A stretch of 64,000 nt of DNA from Myxococcales bacterium (GCA_047601445.1 JASGJH010000001.1:1472001-1536000), one strand, 5' to 3'. Shown: positions 50,675 to 61,031, numbered from the stretch's first letter. A program made the numbers and translations. Notes: generated from the sequence alone by a model not told the origin.

Positions 50675-51218
50675 GCTCGTCGCCTTGATCCCTGCGCTTC
50701 ACCTGCGCCGGCACTCCCGCAACGAATGCGCCGGCCGGCACGTCCGTGAGCACGACGGCGTTGGCACCGATGATCGCCCGGTCTCCGATCTGCACGCCGC
50801 CCAAGATCTTGGCGCCGCTCCCGACCTCCACGTTGCCGCCGATGCGCGGCAAGCCGGGAACCGATCCTGTGCCGATGGTGACTTGCTGGAACAGCAAGCA
50901 GTTGGGCCCCACGCGCGCGTCCGGATGCACCACGATGCCGTTCGGATGCGGCATCAGGAGCCCGCCGCCGAGGCTCGAGTTGAGCGGGATATCGGCGCCA
51001 GCGATCAGCGACCAGAAGCGATGACGCAGGACGGCCCAGCGTGCGCGCATACGCCAGCCCGGCGCGCGTGTCTGATGGGCCTCCTGATACTCTCGCAGCG
51101 CGCGCAGGAGCTGACGTGACGGCTGCCACGTCAGGGGACGGCAAGCCTCGCGAGTCCAATCCGGCTCCTCGGCCGAGATCGCAAGGTTCGTCAAAGGATC
51201 CACGCGTACGACGGTCAT
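50652..51218 (-). CDS. Serine acetyltransferase-like hexapeptide acyltransferase
   Basis: GGGLLMPHPNGIVVH, FQQVTIG, GAKILGGVQIGD, IGANAVVLTDVP, GVPA. Confidence 0.88.
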   Translation of the reverse strand: MTVVRVDPLTNLAISAEEPDWTREACRPLTWQPSRQLLRALREYQEAHQTRAPGWRMRARWAVLRHRFWSLIAGADIPLNSSLGGGLLMPHPNGIVVHPDARVGPNCLLFQQVTIGTGSVPGLPRIGGNVEVGSGAKILGGVQIGDRAIIGANAVVLTDVPAGAFVAGVPAQVKRRDQGDELSAEGAD

Positions 51219-51340
51219 GCCTTCAAGATACGGTCCTCGCGCCACATTCCAATGTGTCGAAGTGTGAACTCGAGCGGAAGAAGGGAGTCGCTGTTCCCGA
51301 GTGCCATTTCCGCGCATAGTGTGTTGAAGGTTTCCTGCGC

Positions 51341-52087
51341 ATGACAGCGGATGCAGCGGCCAGCGATGATGCTCCCATTCGCGTCCTCCTCGTGGAGGAC
51401 GACGAACGTCTGGCACGCCTTACGCAGCGCTATCTCGAGAGCCACGCCATCGTGGTGACCTGGGTGGCCGACGGCCTGCAAGGATTGACGGAAGCGCTCT
51501 CGAATCGTCCTGATGTGGTGTTGCTCGACATCTCACTGCCAGGCATGGACGGCCTCTCCGTGTGCCGCGAACTACGCGCGCGCAGCGACGTGCCGCTGGT
51601 GATGCTGACGGCGCGCGACGAAGAGGACGATCGGGTGGCGGGGCTGGAGCTCGGTGCCGACGACTACATGGCCAAGCCGTTCTCCTCGCGCGAGCTCCTG
51701 GCGCGACTGCGCGCCCACGCGCGGCGCGCGCGAGGCCGCGTGGGGCCTGCTCAGAAACTGCTGCAGGTCGGACGCCTGACGCTCGACCCGCGCACGCTCG
51801 CGGCCACCTTGGACGGCCGTCCCCTGTCCCTCACGGCCTACGAGTTCGCGCTGCTGCGTGCGTTGGCCGAGCACGCAGGGCGCGTCCTCGGGCGGGAACA
51901 ACTGCTGGTGCTGGCCAAAGGCAGCGCAGAAGAGGCCTTCGACCGCTCCATCGACGTGCAGATCTCGCGTCTGCGCCAGAAGCTCGGTGACGATTCGCGC
52001 CAACCGACGCTGCTGAAGACGATCCGAGGCGCCGGCTACATGCTGGCCCCCGAAGCGCCGCCGTCTACAAAGGAGACCTCGCGGTGA
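51341..52087 (+). CDS. OmpR/PhoB-family response regulator (RstA/CpxR-like)
   Basis: LLVEDD, LLDISLPG, GADDYMAKPF, winged-HTH DRSIDVQISRLRQKL, TIRGAGY. Confidence 0.95.
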   Translation: MTADAAASDDAPIRVLLVEDDERLARLTQRYLESHAIVVTWVADGLQGLTEALSNRPDVVLLDISLPGMDGLSVCRELRARSDVPLVMLTARDEEDDRVAGLELGADDYMAKPFSSRELLARLRAHARRARGRVGPAQKLLQVGRLTLDPRTLAATLDGRPLSLTAYEFALLRALAEHAGRVLGREQLLVLAKGSAEEAFDRSIDVQISRLRQKLGDDSRQPTLLKTIRGAGYMLAPEAPPSTKETSR

Positions 52088-53457
52088 AGCTGAAGCGAAT
52101 CCTGCGTCCTCTCACGCTCCGCATCTACTTGGTGAGCCTCGCGCAGCTGCTGGCAGTGGCTGGTCTGGTCATGTTGGTCGGCTTCCTGTCCTTTCAGCCC
52201 AATGCCCACGGGGGCATGGGTCGAGAGTCTCGCTTCGCGATGCAGCTCGCCCTCGACAACCTCGATGACCCGCCGAGCCTTCAGCGCGAGCTGCGTCGGA
52301 TCCGCAAGAGCCTCGATGGACGCCTGAGCATCTACGACGCCGGTGGCCATTTGCTCGCCTCCAATGTGAAGCCCGCGGTCCAGGCGCTGACTGCCGTCCA
52401 GGTCCACCAGGTCCAGCGCGATCCCTACTTCTTCGTGCACGGTCGGCCGCCGCTGCTCGCCATGGCGCTGGGGCGAGGACCCACGTTTCGCGGCTATGCC
52501 GTGTATCAACCGGGCCGGCCGCCTCCGCCTCCTCGACACATGTTGTGGGGTCTAGCGATCGCGCTGGTCGCAGCCGCGGTGGCCTCGGTGTTGCTCGCGC
52601 GCTCCTTCGCCAAGCCGCTGAACGCCCTGGGAGATGCCACGCGTCGCTTCGGAACCGGGGACCTCAACGCCCGTGCACGTCTCAAGCGACGCGACGAGTT
52701 CGGCGCCGTGGCCGACGCTTTCGACGAGATGGCCGAGCGGGTGGCGCGCGTCGTGCGCTCCCAGCAAGAGCTGCTGGCCAACGTGTCCCACGAACTGCGA
52801 ACACCGCTGGCCCGTATCCGTGTGGCGCTCGACCTGGCCGCAGAAGGAGACGCCAGCGTGGCACGCGAAGCGCTCTCGGAGATCAACGAAGACCTCGCAG
52901 AGCTCGAGCGACTGGTGACGGACGTGCTTCAGACCGCGCGCGTGGATCTGGCCGCAGGACGTGCGGGTCACGGCTTGCCCAATCTGCGCAGCGAGCCCGT
53001 CCACGTGGCCCAGTTGCTCCAGCGAGCGGCGGCGCGCTTCCAGGCGGCTCATCCGGAGCGGCGCCTCGACATGATTCGCGACCCTGCCCTTCCCACGCTA
53101 ATCGGCGACGAAGTGCTGTTGCGCAGGGTCATCGACAACCTGTTGCAGAACGCCCGCACCTACTCGGAAAGTGGGACCACGATGCGCCTCGAAGCGCGTG
53201 CAACGCCGGGCAACCTCGAGATCTTGGTGGAAGATCAGGGCGTGGGCATCGCTCCCGAGGACTTACCCCATATCGCCACGCCCTTCTTCCGCAGCGACCG
53301 TACCCGCGGACGCCGCAGCGCTGGCCTGGGGCTCGGTCTTTCGATGGCCAAGCGCATCGTCGAAGGCCATCAAGGCTCGCTCACCATCGAGAGTCAGTTG
53401 GGCAAGGGCACACGTGTCCGACTCGTGTTCAGGGCCCCCGAGCAGGTCATCGACTGA
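52084..53457 (+). CDS. Membrane sensor kinase with a HAMP domain
   Basis: Two TM helices, HAMP (RRDEFGAVADAFDEMA), VSHELRTPLARI, DQGVGI, GLGLGL. GTGA overlap with the regulator. Confidence 0.95.
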   Translation: MKLKRILRPLTLRIYLVSLAQLLAVAGLVMLVGFLSFQPNAHGGMGRESRFAMQLALDNLDDPPSLQRELRRIRKSLDGRLSIYDAGGHLLASNVKPAVQALTAVQVHQVQRDPYFFVHGRPPLLAMALGRGPTFRGYAVYQPGRPPPPPRHMLWGLAIALVAAAVASVLLARSFAKPLNALGDATRRFGTGDLNARARLKRRDEFGAVADAFDEMAERVARVVRSQQELLANVSHELRTPLARIRVALDLAAEGDASVAREALSEINEDLAELERLVTDVLQTARVDLAAGRAGHGLPNLRSEPVHVAQLLQRAAARFQAAHPERRLDMIRDPALPTLIGDEVLLRRVIDNLLQNARTYSESGTTMRLEARATPGNLEILVEDQGVGIAPEDLPHIATPFFRSDRTRGRRSAGLGLGLSMAKRIVEGHQGSLTIESQLGKGTRVRLVFRAPEQVID

Positions 53458-53476
53458 GCCGCGGTCTCTGCATGCG

Positions 53477-56400
53477 TCAGCGCGCGGCTGCCGACAGTAC
53501 GTCCGCGAGCTTGTCGGTATCGAGCGGCTTCACGCAGTGGCGGTCGAAGCCAGCCTCCTGCGCTTGACGCAGATCCTCTTCGCTCCCCCAGCCCGTAAGC
53601 GCCACCAGCAGCGGTTGGCTCCGACTCGTCCGATCGGCACGAATACGCCGCGCCACCTCGTAGCCGTCGATGCCAGGCAATCCGATGTCGAGGATCACCA
53701 GGTCCGGAGCGAATTCGTCGCACGCACTCACCGCCGATAGGCCGCTGTGCTCGACGCGCGTCTCGTGGCCTCGCAGATCCAGCAGCATCGCCAGCGCTTC
53801 GGCACCGTCGACGTTGTCGTCCACCACCAGCACCTTCAAGTGCGAATCCCGCCCGACGTGCTTGCGTCGACCCTCACCGAGCCGACTCGTGTATCCGGCA
53901 CTGGCCAACGCTGGCAGCCGGATCGTGAATGAGCTGCCCAGCCCGACGCCGTCACTCTTGGCCGCTACCGTGCCGCCATGCAGCTCCACCAGACGCCGAA
54001 CCAGCGTGAGCCCGATGCCTAGCCCTCCCTGCGAGCGTTCGATCGAGCGCCCCACTTGCGTGAACATGTCGAACACGCGCGGCAACATCTCCGCCGGGAT
54101 CCCGATGCCGCTGTCGCTGACGCTCACCACCAGCGTGGAGCCTTCGAGGCGTGCTTCGAGCGCGATGGTGCCGCCCTGGGGCGTGTACTTGGCCGCGTTG
54201 TTCACCAGGTTGGCCACGATCTGGGCCATGCGTGTGATATCGGCTTCCATCATCAGGGGGGTCTTCGGCAGCATGACCTCGAGCTGATGGCGCCCCGACT
54301 CCACCAGGGGCAAGGCCGTCTCGAGCGCGCTGTGCACGGCGTCGCGGAAGTCGATGCGCTCGCGCTTGAGCTTCACCTTGCCCAGCGTGATGCGCGAGAT
54401 GTCGAGCAAGTCGTCGATCATGCGCACCATGTGTCCGAGCTGACGCTCCATCATCGCACGGGTGCGCTCGGCCTGGGGAGTATCACCGGCCAGCCGCAGC
54501 ACGCCAAGGCCGGTGCGGATCGGCGCCAGCGGATTGCGCAGTTCATGGGCCAGGGTGGCCAGAAACTCGTCTTTGCGACGGTCTTGGTCCCGCAACTGTT
54601 CGTTGAGGCGCGCGTTCTCCTCCGCGATGGCGGCGATGTGCCGGGCCTCACCCCGCTCCCGCTCGAGGGCCGTGCTCAGCCGTTCGCGGTCGCGGCGCTG
54701 GGCGGTCACGTCGAGACTCACGCCGTCGAAGCGAATGGGCGTGCCGTCCTCGTCGTAGGTCGCAGCGCCCTGGGCACGGATCCACTTCGTGGTTCCCGTG
54801 CGTCGGTCGATGACCCGATAGGTCGCGTCGTAGCGCGTGCGGTTGGCGATGGAGGCCTCCACGGCACTGCGCGTCGCCTCGCGATCGTCGGGGTGCAAAC
54901 TCGCGTAGAAGTCCTCGATGTGTGTCGTCTCGCCGGGCGCGATGAAGAACTGCTCGCGCGCGAGGTCGTCCCAGTTCACCCACCGGAGTGGCAGGTCGCA
55001 ATACCAGAAGCCCACCTTGGCGACCCTCGCCGCGAAGTCGAGGCGCGCTCTACTCTCGAGCAAGGCTCGCTCGGCCTCGAAGCGCGCGGTGACGTCGCGG
55101 GTCATCCCCAGGTGCGCCAGCTGTCCGTCGGCGCAGGCCAAGGGCACGGCGGTGGTCTCCAGGCTGCGCAGGGTGCCGCGCAGGCCGCGGATCTGAAACT
55201 CGAGGGTGCCACCGTGCCCGGCGCAGACGCGCTCGTTGAACGCGCGAAAGCGCTCGCGATGCTCGGGCACCACGAAGTCGTATACGGAGCGTCCGATCAC
55301 GCTCTCCGCGGTGGGCGCCTCGATCATGCTCAGCCCCGCTGGGTTCAACTGCAGCAGCGAGCCGTCCGCGGACACCAGCTTCACCCACTCCGGAGAGGCC
55401 TCCACGATGGCCCGGTAGCGCGCCTCGCTCTCGCAGAGATTCCGCGTCATGCGCGAACGCTCGAGTGCCTCCCAGCAACGCCCGGCCACCGTCCGTGTGA
55501 TCTCGACCTCGTAGGAGGTCCAGCGCCGGGGCTCGGCTTGATGAATGGCCATCGCCGCGATCAACTTGCCCTCCTTGTGGAGGGGAACGACGACCACGGC
55601 ACGGATCTGGAGCGCTTCGTAGATCGATCGGTGATCGGGATCGACCTCGCGTGCGTCCCAGGTGTCGCACGCCACGAAAGGACGGCCAGCCAGCATGCTC
55701 TCCAGGCAGGCCGGTCCGAAGCTCGTGGCCGGCCAGCGCCCCACGATGCTGGGCACACCGCGCGCGTAGTCTCCGGTGACGCAGACCGTGGTCTCCTCGT
55801 GGACCTCCGCGTAAGCGCAGCGATCGGCCCCCACGTGCTCCGCCAACATGCGCGACGCGGTCTGCATCACTTCCGCCGCCTCGCTAAGCGGCTCGGTGGC
55901 ACGCGTAAGATCGGCCAAGAAACGATGCCGCTCGGCGTTGTGGCGACCGAGCTCCTCGGCACGCTGACGCTCGATGGCCAGCGCCGCCGTGCGAGCCAGC
56001 ATCTTGACGAGGCGGCGCTCCTGCTCGCTCGGCGCACGCCTCTCGGAGAAGTACGTCCCGAAGGTCCCGAGCACGGTGCCAGTCGAAGAGAGAATGGGCT
56101 GCGACCAGGCCGCCATGAGCCCTATTTCGAGCGGAATGTGCTTGAAGTTGGCCCAGGCAGGATCCGTCTCGATATCGACGGTGCTCACCACCTCCCCGCG
56201 CGACGCCGCCGCACTGCAAGTCCCCAGATCGGGCGCGATCACGATGCCCTCCACAGCCGCGTGGTAGGCAGGCGGAAGGTTGGGCGCAGCGCCGACCGTC
56301 AGATGCGCACCCGTGTCGTCGACGAGCAGCACGCCGCAGCGGACCGACTCGCCCTGAGACTCCACCAACAGACATAGCTCTGCGAGCAGCTCCGAAAGCG

Positions 56401-56497
56401 GGCAGCCCCGCACGATCATCTCCAGCACTCGGCTCTGGGCCTCTAGAAATGCGTCTGCTTTACTCAGGGGTTCCTCACGTGCTTGCGCGCTACCCAT
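53477..56497 (-). CDS. Soluble hybrid kinase GAF-GAF-PAS-PAS-HisKA-HATPase-REC
   Basis: GAF (GAAPNLP..AWSQPI), GAF (ADRCAYAEV..PRRWT), two PAS, LAHELRNPL, NAAKYT, ILDIGLPG. Confidence 0.95.
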   Translation of the reverse strand: MGSAQAREEPLSKADAFLEAQSRVLEMIVRGCPLSELLAELCLLVESQGESVRCGVLLVDDTGAHLTVGAAPNLPPAYHAAVEGIVIAPDLGTCSAAASRGEVVSTVDIETDPAWANFKHIPLEIGLMAAWSQPILSSTGTVLGTFGTYFSERRAPSEQERRLVKMLARTAALAIERQRAEELGRHNAERHRFLADLTRATEPLSEAAEVMQTASRMLAEHVGADRCAYAEVHEETTVCVTGDYARGVPSIVGRWPATSFGPACLESMLAGRPFVACDTWDAREVDPDHRSIYEALQIRAVVVVPLHKEGKLIAAMAIHQAEPRRWTSYEVEITRTVAGRCWEALERSRMTRNLCESEARYRAIVEASPEWVKLVSADGSLLQLNPAGLSMIEAPTAESVIGRSVYDFVVPEHRERFRAFNERVCAGHGGTLEFQIRGLRGTLRSLETTAVPLACADGQLAHLGMTRDVTARFEAERALLESRARLDFAARVAKVGFWYCDLPLRWVNWDDLAREQFFIAPGETTHIEDFYASLHPDDREATRSAVEASIANRTRYDATYRVIDRRTGTTKWIRAQGAATYDEDGTPIRFDGVSLDVTAQRRDRERLSTALERERGEARHIAAIAEENARLNEQLRDQDRRKDEFLATLAHELRNPLAPIRTGLGVLRLAGDTPQAERTRAMMERQLGHMVRMIDDLLDISRITLGKVKLKRERIDFRDAVHSALETALPLVESGRHQLEVMLPKTPLMMEADITRMAQIVANLVNNAAKYTPQGGTIALEARLEGSTLVVSVSDSGIGIPAEMLPRVFDMFTQVGRSIERSQGGLGIGLTLVRRLVELHGGTVAAKSDGVGLGSSFTIRLPALASAGYTSRLGEGRRKHVGRDSHLKVLVVDDNVDGAEALAMLLDLRGHETRVEHSGLSAVSACDEFAPDLVILDIGLPGIDGYEVARRIRADRTSRSQPLLVALTGWGSEEDLRQAQEAGFDRHCVKPLDTDKLADVLSAAAR

Positions 56498-56817
56498 GGA
56501 TGCCTTACCTGACGGTTGCTCGGTGGCTCCCCACTCTGGTCCGTGCCTCCTGGAACGTCGAGAGCGCTCCTCGCGTCGCAGCGCGCTCGATTGAACCTGC
56601 TAGGCCAGAAGCGGCACTCGTCCGCACGCCGCGGGCCCAATCCCGAACCTGACGCTGCCTCGAAAATGCCCCAAGCGAGCCTCACGATTTCTGGTCGTAT
56701 GGCGCAGCGCCGCAGCTCTCAATTTCGAGCCGAAGAAGTCAGCGCCCGACGCTCAGATTCCTCGAGCGAAGCACGCATCCGCACGAAGAAAGGCACATAC
56801 CATGCTTACGTGGAGGC

Positions 56818-57744
56818 ATGCGCTCCAGTCCGTGGAAGCATCTGGGTGACGGCAAGCTTCATGACCGCCACCATCGTCCCCAAGGCGGGCGCGCCGACCT
56901 CCATTACGAGGCGCACGTCCCCTTCCCGCGCTGGTCGGTCCCCCTGGTTTGCGGCGGGCTGATCTGCCTCATGGCCTTGTTCGATCTTGCGACCGGCGCA
57001 GAGCACCACGTTTCCGCACTCTATTTCGCCCCCGTGTTCGTGGCGGCTTGGTTTGGGAGCCGCCTCCTGTGGATCACGGCCGTGGTGGCCGCGGCCCTGG
57101 CCGCGTCGTTGACCTACCCCGAGCTCGGCACGCGCTTCTCGAGCTACGCGAATATCTACCTGAACCTGGCGACCCAGCTGGTGGCGTTCACGCTGGTGGG
57201 TTCCCTGACCGAGATGGTGCGTCGCAAGAACCTGCGGGACTTGTGGACCCTGCAGCACGACGCGTTGACGGGCGCTTACAACACGGCTGGCTTTCGTCAG
57301 CGCCTGGAGCTCGACATCAAGTACGTGGGCCGCTTCGGGCGCACGCTGACGCTGGCTTACCTCGACCTCGACAACTTCAAGGCCGTGAACGATTCGCAGG
57401 GCCACCGCGCGGGCGACGACGTTCTCCGCCTGGCCGTGCGTCTGATTCGGGCCTCCCTGCGCGAGACCGATCTGCTGGCGCGGCTCGGCGGCGATGAGTT
57501 CGCCATCTTGCTACCCGAGACCGATGCGGAGGGCGCCCACGTGATCCTCGAGCACATCCGCCAGACCCTCGAGCGCGAGATGCACGAGTGCGGGTGCAAC
57601 GTCACGGCCAGTATCGGCGCCCTGAGCCTCAACGTCGTCCCGTCGAATGCAGACAGTGTGATCGCGATGGCGGACCAGCTCATGTACAGCGTCAAGAAGC
57701 ACGGAAAGAACCGCGTCGTGGTCGACGACCGGACGGATGGTTGA
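56818..57744 (+). CDS. Membrane-anchored diguanylate cyclase
   Basis: About 4 TM helices, DALTGAYN, DLDNFKAVND, I-site RETD, intact GGDEF. Start uncertain. Confidence 0.93.
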   Translation: MRSSPWKHLGDGKLHDRHHRPQGGRADLHYEAHVPFPRWSVPLVCGGLICLMALFDLATGAEHHVSALYFAPVFVAAWFGSRLLWITAVVAAALAASLTYPELGTRFSSYANIYLNLATQLVAFTLVGSLTEMVRRKNLRDLWTLQHDALTGAYNTAGFRQRLELDIKYVGRFGRTLTLAYLDLDNFKAVNDSQGHRAGDDVLRLAVRLIRASLRETDLLARLGGDEFAILLPETDAEGAHVILEHIRQTLEREMHECGCNVTASIGALSLNVVPSNADSVIAMADQLMYSVKKHGKNRVVVDDRTDG

Positions 57745-57881
57745 GGTCGCGGTACACCCTCAATCATGGACCGCGCAGCGGGGATCGCGGACCGCATGCA
57801 AGCGAATGGGCAGCGGCATGGCAGGGCGCGGCGTCGAACTTTTTTGGCGTCGTGTGCGAATTTGGCGTGTCAACGTGTCCT

Positions 57882-58856
57882 ATGGGCAAAGAGCGGCGCA
57901 CGGCCCGCGGCGTCCTGGCGTTGTGCGCGCTGGGCGTCGCAGCCAGCCTGGGAGCGGGATCCATTCTGCAAGCACGGGCACCCGCGCGCGGCGCGCTGTC
58001 GAAACCGACTCCCGCCGGCGCGCCCGCGCCGAGCGTCGCCATGCGCAGTGCGTTGCCCGAGTTGCCCGCGATCGATCTCTCACCCGAAGCGCGCCGCCAC
58101 CTCACGCGCTCCATCGAGCTCACGGCCCAGGGCCGGTTCGACCAGGCGCGCGCCAGCTGTCGCGCCGTGATGTCCCAGGTATCTCCGGCGGTCATTTCGG
58201 CCTGCGTCGCCCCCATCGACGGACTCACGGGGCGCTACGAGGTCGCGCGCCACAGTCTGGAGCGAGCGCTGGATACGGCGGGCAGCCTGGAGCAGCAAGT
58301 GTGGCTTTATACCCTGCTTGGGGAGCTCGCCTACTGGAACGGTGATCTGCAGCGCGCAGAGCAGGCACTCGGATCGGCGCTCGCGCTGGCGCCCACGCAG
58401 CGGCGACTGCTCGGACTCCACGTGGACCTCTTGCTCGACACCGGCCGCGCGCGTCAGGCGCTCAGTGTGCTGGCAGGTCAGGACACCGATGACGGCATGC
58501 TGCTGCGCGAGACCCTGGCCTATCAGCAACTCGGTCTGGTCCAGGCGGCGCGCGCGTCCGCCCAACGCTTGCAGCGGCGCTACGACGAAGCCGCCATGCG
58601 CGGCACGCCTGCGCCTCTGCGCGACGAAGCCCGCTTCTACGTGAACATGCCTGGCCACGAGCGACGCGCACTCGAGCTTTCCCGTGCTTCCTTCGCGCAG
58701 GGGCAGAGTCCCTGGGACGCACGCCTGCTACTCGAGGCCGCGGTCCACCTCGGCGACGCGCGCGCTGCGCAGCCCGCCCTGGCCTGGCTGCGCCGCACCA
58801 ACCTCGAGTCCCCGGCGCTGCATCTCTTGGCGGCTCAACTGACCTTCGCTCATTGA
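57882..58856 (+). CDS. Exported TPR-repeat protein
   Basis: N-terminal hydrophobic segment. TPR-like helices QGRFDQAR, LLGELAYWNGDLQRAE, DLLLDTGR, DARLLLEAA. Confidence 0.75.
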   Translation: MGKERRTARGVLALCALGVAASLGAGSILQARAPARGALSKPTPAGAPAPSVAMRSALPELPAIDLSPEARRHLTRSIELTAQGRFDQARASCRAVMSQVSPAVISACVAPIDGLTGRYEVARHSLERALDTAGSLEQQVWLYTLLGELAYWNGDLQRAEQALGSALALAPTQRRLLGLHVDLLLDTGRARQALSVLAGQDTDDGMLLRETLAYQQLGLVQAARASAQRLQRRYDEAAMRGTPAPLRDEARFYVNMPGHERRALELSRASFAQGQSPWDARLLLEAAVHLGDARAAQPALAWLRRTNLESPALHLLAAQLTFAH

Positions 58857-58899
58857 GCGACCGCAGCGGACGCGCGTTCACCGGGAACCGGCTTGCACG

Positions 58900-60126
58900 G
58901 TGAGATCCGGGATCCATCGTGTCCGCATGGGACATTGCTGCATTGCAGGAGGCGGGCCCGCAGGGATGATGCTGGGCTATCTCTTGGCGCGGGCCGGCGT
59001 CGAAGTGAGCGTGCTCGAGAAGCATGCCGATTTCCTCCGAGATTTCCGCGGCGACACCATCCACCCCTCGACATTGCAGGTGATGCACGAGCTCGGCTTT
59101 TTGGAAGAACTGCTCGCACGCCCACACACGGAGGCGCGCGAATTGAGCGGCAACCTCACCGGTGAGCACTTCCAGCTGGCGGACTTCAGCCACTTGCCCA
59201 CGCAGGCGCGCTTCGTGGCCTTCATGCCCCAGTGGCACTTCCTCGAGTTCCTGGCGGAGAAGGCTCGCCTGTTCTCGAACTTCCATTTGCGCATGGAGAC
59301 CGAGGTCCTGGATCTCGTGCGCGAGCGCGAGCACGTGGTGGGCGTGGTGGTGGGCACCCGCGATGGCCCCGAGGAGGTACGCGCAGACCTGGTGGTGGGG
59401 GCCGACGGTCGTCACTCCATCGTACGCGACCAGGCCAACCTCGACGTCGAAGACATCGGAGCTCCCATGGACGTGCTGTGGTTTCGCCTGTCGAAGCGCG
59501 AGAACGACGCCCGCGACACGCTCGCCCACATCGGCCAAGGGCACATCTTGATCACCATCGAGCGCGAGAACTACTGGCAGTGCGGCTACGTCATCCCCAA
59601 GGGCGGCTACGCCGAACTGCACCAGCTCGGCATCGATCTACTGCGCCAGCAGTTGGTGGCCGTGGCGCCCTTTCTGCGCACGCGGGTGGCCGAGCTCTCC
59701 AGCTGGGAGCACCTGAAGCTGCTCACGGTGAAGGTCGACCGGCTGCGCGAGTGGGCCATCCCCGGCTTGCTGTGCATCGGCGATGCGGCACACGCCATGT
59801 CACCCATCGGAGGCGTCGGCATCAACCTGGCGATTCAAGATGCGGTGGCCGCCTCCAACCTGCTCGCACAGATTCTGTCGCAGCGCGCGCCCACGGCGGG
59901 GGAGCTACGACGGGTACAACGCCGACGCGAACGTCCCGCGCGACTCACCCAACTGATGCAGGTGGCCATCCAAAACCGACTGATCCAACCAACGCTCGAG
60001 GGCGAGACCGTCCGGGTGCCCTCGGCCTTGCGGCTCTTGAATCGCTCGCCGCTGCTGCGGCGCCTGCCCGCGCGCCTGATGGGCATGGGATTCCTGCCGG
60101 AGCACGTGGAAACTAGCGCCGCCTGA
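58900..60126 (+). CDS. FAD-dependent monooxygenase-like oxidoreductase (FAD_binding_3)
   Basis: GGGPAG, DFRGDTIHP, GADGRHS, IGDAAHAMSPIGGVGINLAIQDA. The start is 58900 or 58927. Confidence 0.92.
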   Translation: MRSGIHRVRMGHCCIAGGGPAGMMLGYLLARAGVEVSVLEKHADFLRDFRGDTIHPSTLQVMHELGFLEELLARPHTEARELSGNLTGEHFQLADFSHLPTQARFVAFMPQWHFLEFLAEKARLFSNFHLRMETEVLDLVREREHVVGVVVGTRDGPEEVRADLVVGADGRHSIVRDQANLDVEDIGAPMDVLWFRLSKRENDARDTLAHIGQGHILITIERENYWQCGYVIPKGGYAELHQLGIDLLRQQLVAVAPFLRTRVAELSSWEHLKLLTVKVDRLREWAIPGLLCIGDAAHAMSPIGGVGINLAIQDAVAASNLLAQILSQRAPTAGELRRVQRRRERPARLTQLMQVAIQNRLIQPTLEGETVRVPSALRLLNRSPLLRRLPARLMGMGFLPEHVETSAA

Positions 60127-60251
60127 GTCGCCTTCCGTCCCCGAATGCGGTGGCCACAAGTTGAGCTTTCAGCGCGCTGGCTTGGGGACATGATTTGGCA
60201 GGGCTCTCCGAGGTGTGGAGTTTTGGGGCATACTCGCCTGCGGGGGGACCG

Positions 60252-60992
60252 ATGAGGACTCACGCAGCTGGGAGCGAGGGATCACTGCCGCCCGGCCAGA
60301 ACCAACATATCGTTCAGTTCTACGACTACGAGTGGGAACTGGTGGTGCCGGCGGCGAAGTTTTTGTTCGCGGGTCTCAAGGCCGGAGAGTCCCTCGTCAT
60401 CGCGTCCACGCCCGAGCACGCGCAAGCATTCGTGCTCGCCATCGAGAGTCTGGGCGGCGACCTGACGGCGGCCTTCGAGCGCGACCGCCTGCTCGTGTTG
60501 GATGCCTACGCGGGTGTCGCGGCGGTGACACGGAACGGTCGCCCGGACCGCGAGCTCATGCGCGCATGGCTCGAGCCTCATCTCGGTCGGCTGCTCCAAG
60601 GTAGCCGCAACGGGCGCCTGTGCGTGTTCGGGGAGCTCGTGAGCCTGCTCGCGCGCGCGGGGCATTTCGAAGGTGCGCTGGAACTGGAGGCGCTTTGGGA
60701 CGAGTTGATGTCGGAGCTCTCGTTCTCCCTGTTCTGCGCCTATCGCTTGGCGGACTTCCCGCGCGAGGCGGACCGCCACCCCTTCCGGCAGGTCTGCTGC
60801 GCCCACGGGCGCATTCAGCCCGCCACCCCGGCAAGCATCCTGGCCGACCGTGATCGTATGGCCTTGCGCATCGCCGAACTCGAGCAGCTCGCGGGCACCG
60901 TGCACGCCGAAGTGAGTCATCGAAGACACCTGGAGGCGACTTTGCGTGAGATGCAACAGGATCTCGCCGGCTACTCCAAGCCACCGTCATAG
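60252..60992 (+). CDS. Stand-alone MEDS-domain protein with a C-terminal coiled coil
   Basis: HIVQFY, FLFAGLKAGE, TPEH, VFGELVSLL, LELEALWDEL, FSLFCAY, CCAH. Confidence 0.8.
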   Translation: MRTHAAGSEGSLPPGQNQHIVQFYDYEWELVVPAAKFLFAGLKAGESLVIASTPEHAQAFVLAIESLGGDLTAAFERDRLLVLDAYAGVAAVTRNGRPDRELMRAWLEPHLGRLLQGSRNGRLCVFGELVSLLARAGHFEGALELEALWDELMSELSFSLFCAYRLADFPREADRHPFRQVCCAHGRIQPATPASILADRDRMALRIAELEQLAGTVHAEVSHRRHLEATLREMQQDLAGYSKPPS

Positions 60993-61031
60993 ATCCGCGC
61001 CGGCGCCCTGAGGTAGGGTGGCCGTCGCGGT

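Noticed and set aside
56790..56806. Sigma54-like AGGCAC-N5-ATGCT before the GGDEF gene
   Set aside because: It deviates at both boxes and would put the TSS at the annotated start codon, so it is too weak to call.
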